Position numbers and translations under genes: made by a program. Under the pieces are notes generated by a model. That model ran no database searches. It was not told the origin of the DNA and worked only from the letters and a program-made list of their open reading frames with translations. This document shows positions 63,067 to 64,000 of a DNA stretch of 64,000 bases, in pieces (the first letter of the stretch is position 1; every line of letters starts with the position of its first letter). Source of the DNA: Podarcis erhardii (Eukaryota); assembly GCA_964252035.1 (NCBI GenBank), contig OZ176211.1; one strand, written 5' to 3'.

Positions 63067-63317
63067 TAACCTCCTCTCAGTGTTGTTCACCAGCGACTCC
63101 TGTTCAGATCCTGGAGGCAGCATATAGCCATCATGATGTAGTAGCCATTGGCATCTGTAGTATGCCCACTGTACTTCTGGCTATATATTTTTTAAAATGA
63201 AACTTATGGAAGTTAAACAGAAAAAGGGATTTATTTCAAGAATGGTAAACAGAAATATTTTGGGAGTTGGAAACCTTCAAAGAATCATTAAACTCTCTCT
63301 ATATATAATCCAGTAGT

Positions 63318-64000
63318 TGTCGCAGCTGCTCAGTTGGATGGTAAGATGGTAAATGTACAGCTTAGATTTACTTCAGTCACTTACACTTAACACAGAGGTG
63401 TTCTGGCTTAGGTTTCAGTAACTTGTGAGTTCTGAAACAGGCTGGTACTTTCTGTGCTATTGCCTTTCAGATTCCCCACCTTTCGAAATCTCACACCCGA
63501 GGCTCCTCTAGTAGACTCATTATATCACACCTTCTAACTGGTTTGGGGTTATTCTTCTCTCACTAGAATATATATCCCATTCCTACTGAATTGGGGTTTA
63601 AGTACAGCATCCCCCTAAAACTCCACTTCTCCTCTCCCAAAATTCAGAACTTCCCAGTTCTCATGTCTGTATACCCTTAAATCACAATAACCACTGTCTT
63701 TCAGTCAAACCCTCCAGCTCAAAGACTGCCTTCTCTGGCTGTAAATATTCCCTCAGAGCGAGTTTTACACAGCTCAGAGATTATACAGTTATCCAGCTGA
63801 ATGCCAAGAACCAAAACTCCTTTTCTTTTTCCCTCTCAAAAGTGCTGTCTCCACACCCCTTTTGGCTGGCTGTACCCACAGCCAATCAGAGCGAAGCTCC
63901 AGCTCAGCATCACTCTGGTTGAATTCCGCCTGCACCACACCACCAAACTCTGCTTTACCTGGCCCTTACCTCACAGCACCCTTTTCTTGCCTGAATTTGC
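63318..64000. mobile_element. Probable LTR, running off the window end
   Basis: Begins TGTCGC; pyrimidine-rich promoter-like sequence with CCAATCAGA near 63882. The other end and the TSD are not visible. Confidence 0.35.

Overview
Vertebrate genomic DNA, not prokaryotic. The Sauria SINE, Squam3-like SINE, L1/L2/CR1 and MITE repertoire points to a squamate, most likely a lacertid lizard (inference). The window is almost entirely intronic or intergenic and repeat-rich. It holds a young 5'-truncated L1 (ORF2, one frameshift), a young RTE-X-like LINE with a 14-bp TSD nested in a decayed L1, four Sauria SINEs, many Tc1/mariner- and hAT-type MITEs, a solo LTR, CR1/L2 tails and microsatellites. I could not support any complete host protein-coding gene. 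The standout feature is at 30226-31047: an 822-bp non-autonomous hAT-type transposon (14-bp TIRs, perfect 8-bp TSD CCTACAGG) carrying coding exon 1 of the Na+/K+-ATPase beta-3 gene (ATP1B3), its splice donor and GC-rich flanking sequence. This looks like Pack-MULE-style gene-fragment capture in a reptile. No other ATP1B3 exon was found by eye. A second candidate composite hAT (7823-9600) contains a CCAAT-bearing GC-rich piece and a TSD-flanked fragment that resembles only the 5' end of an L1.
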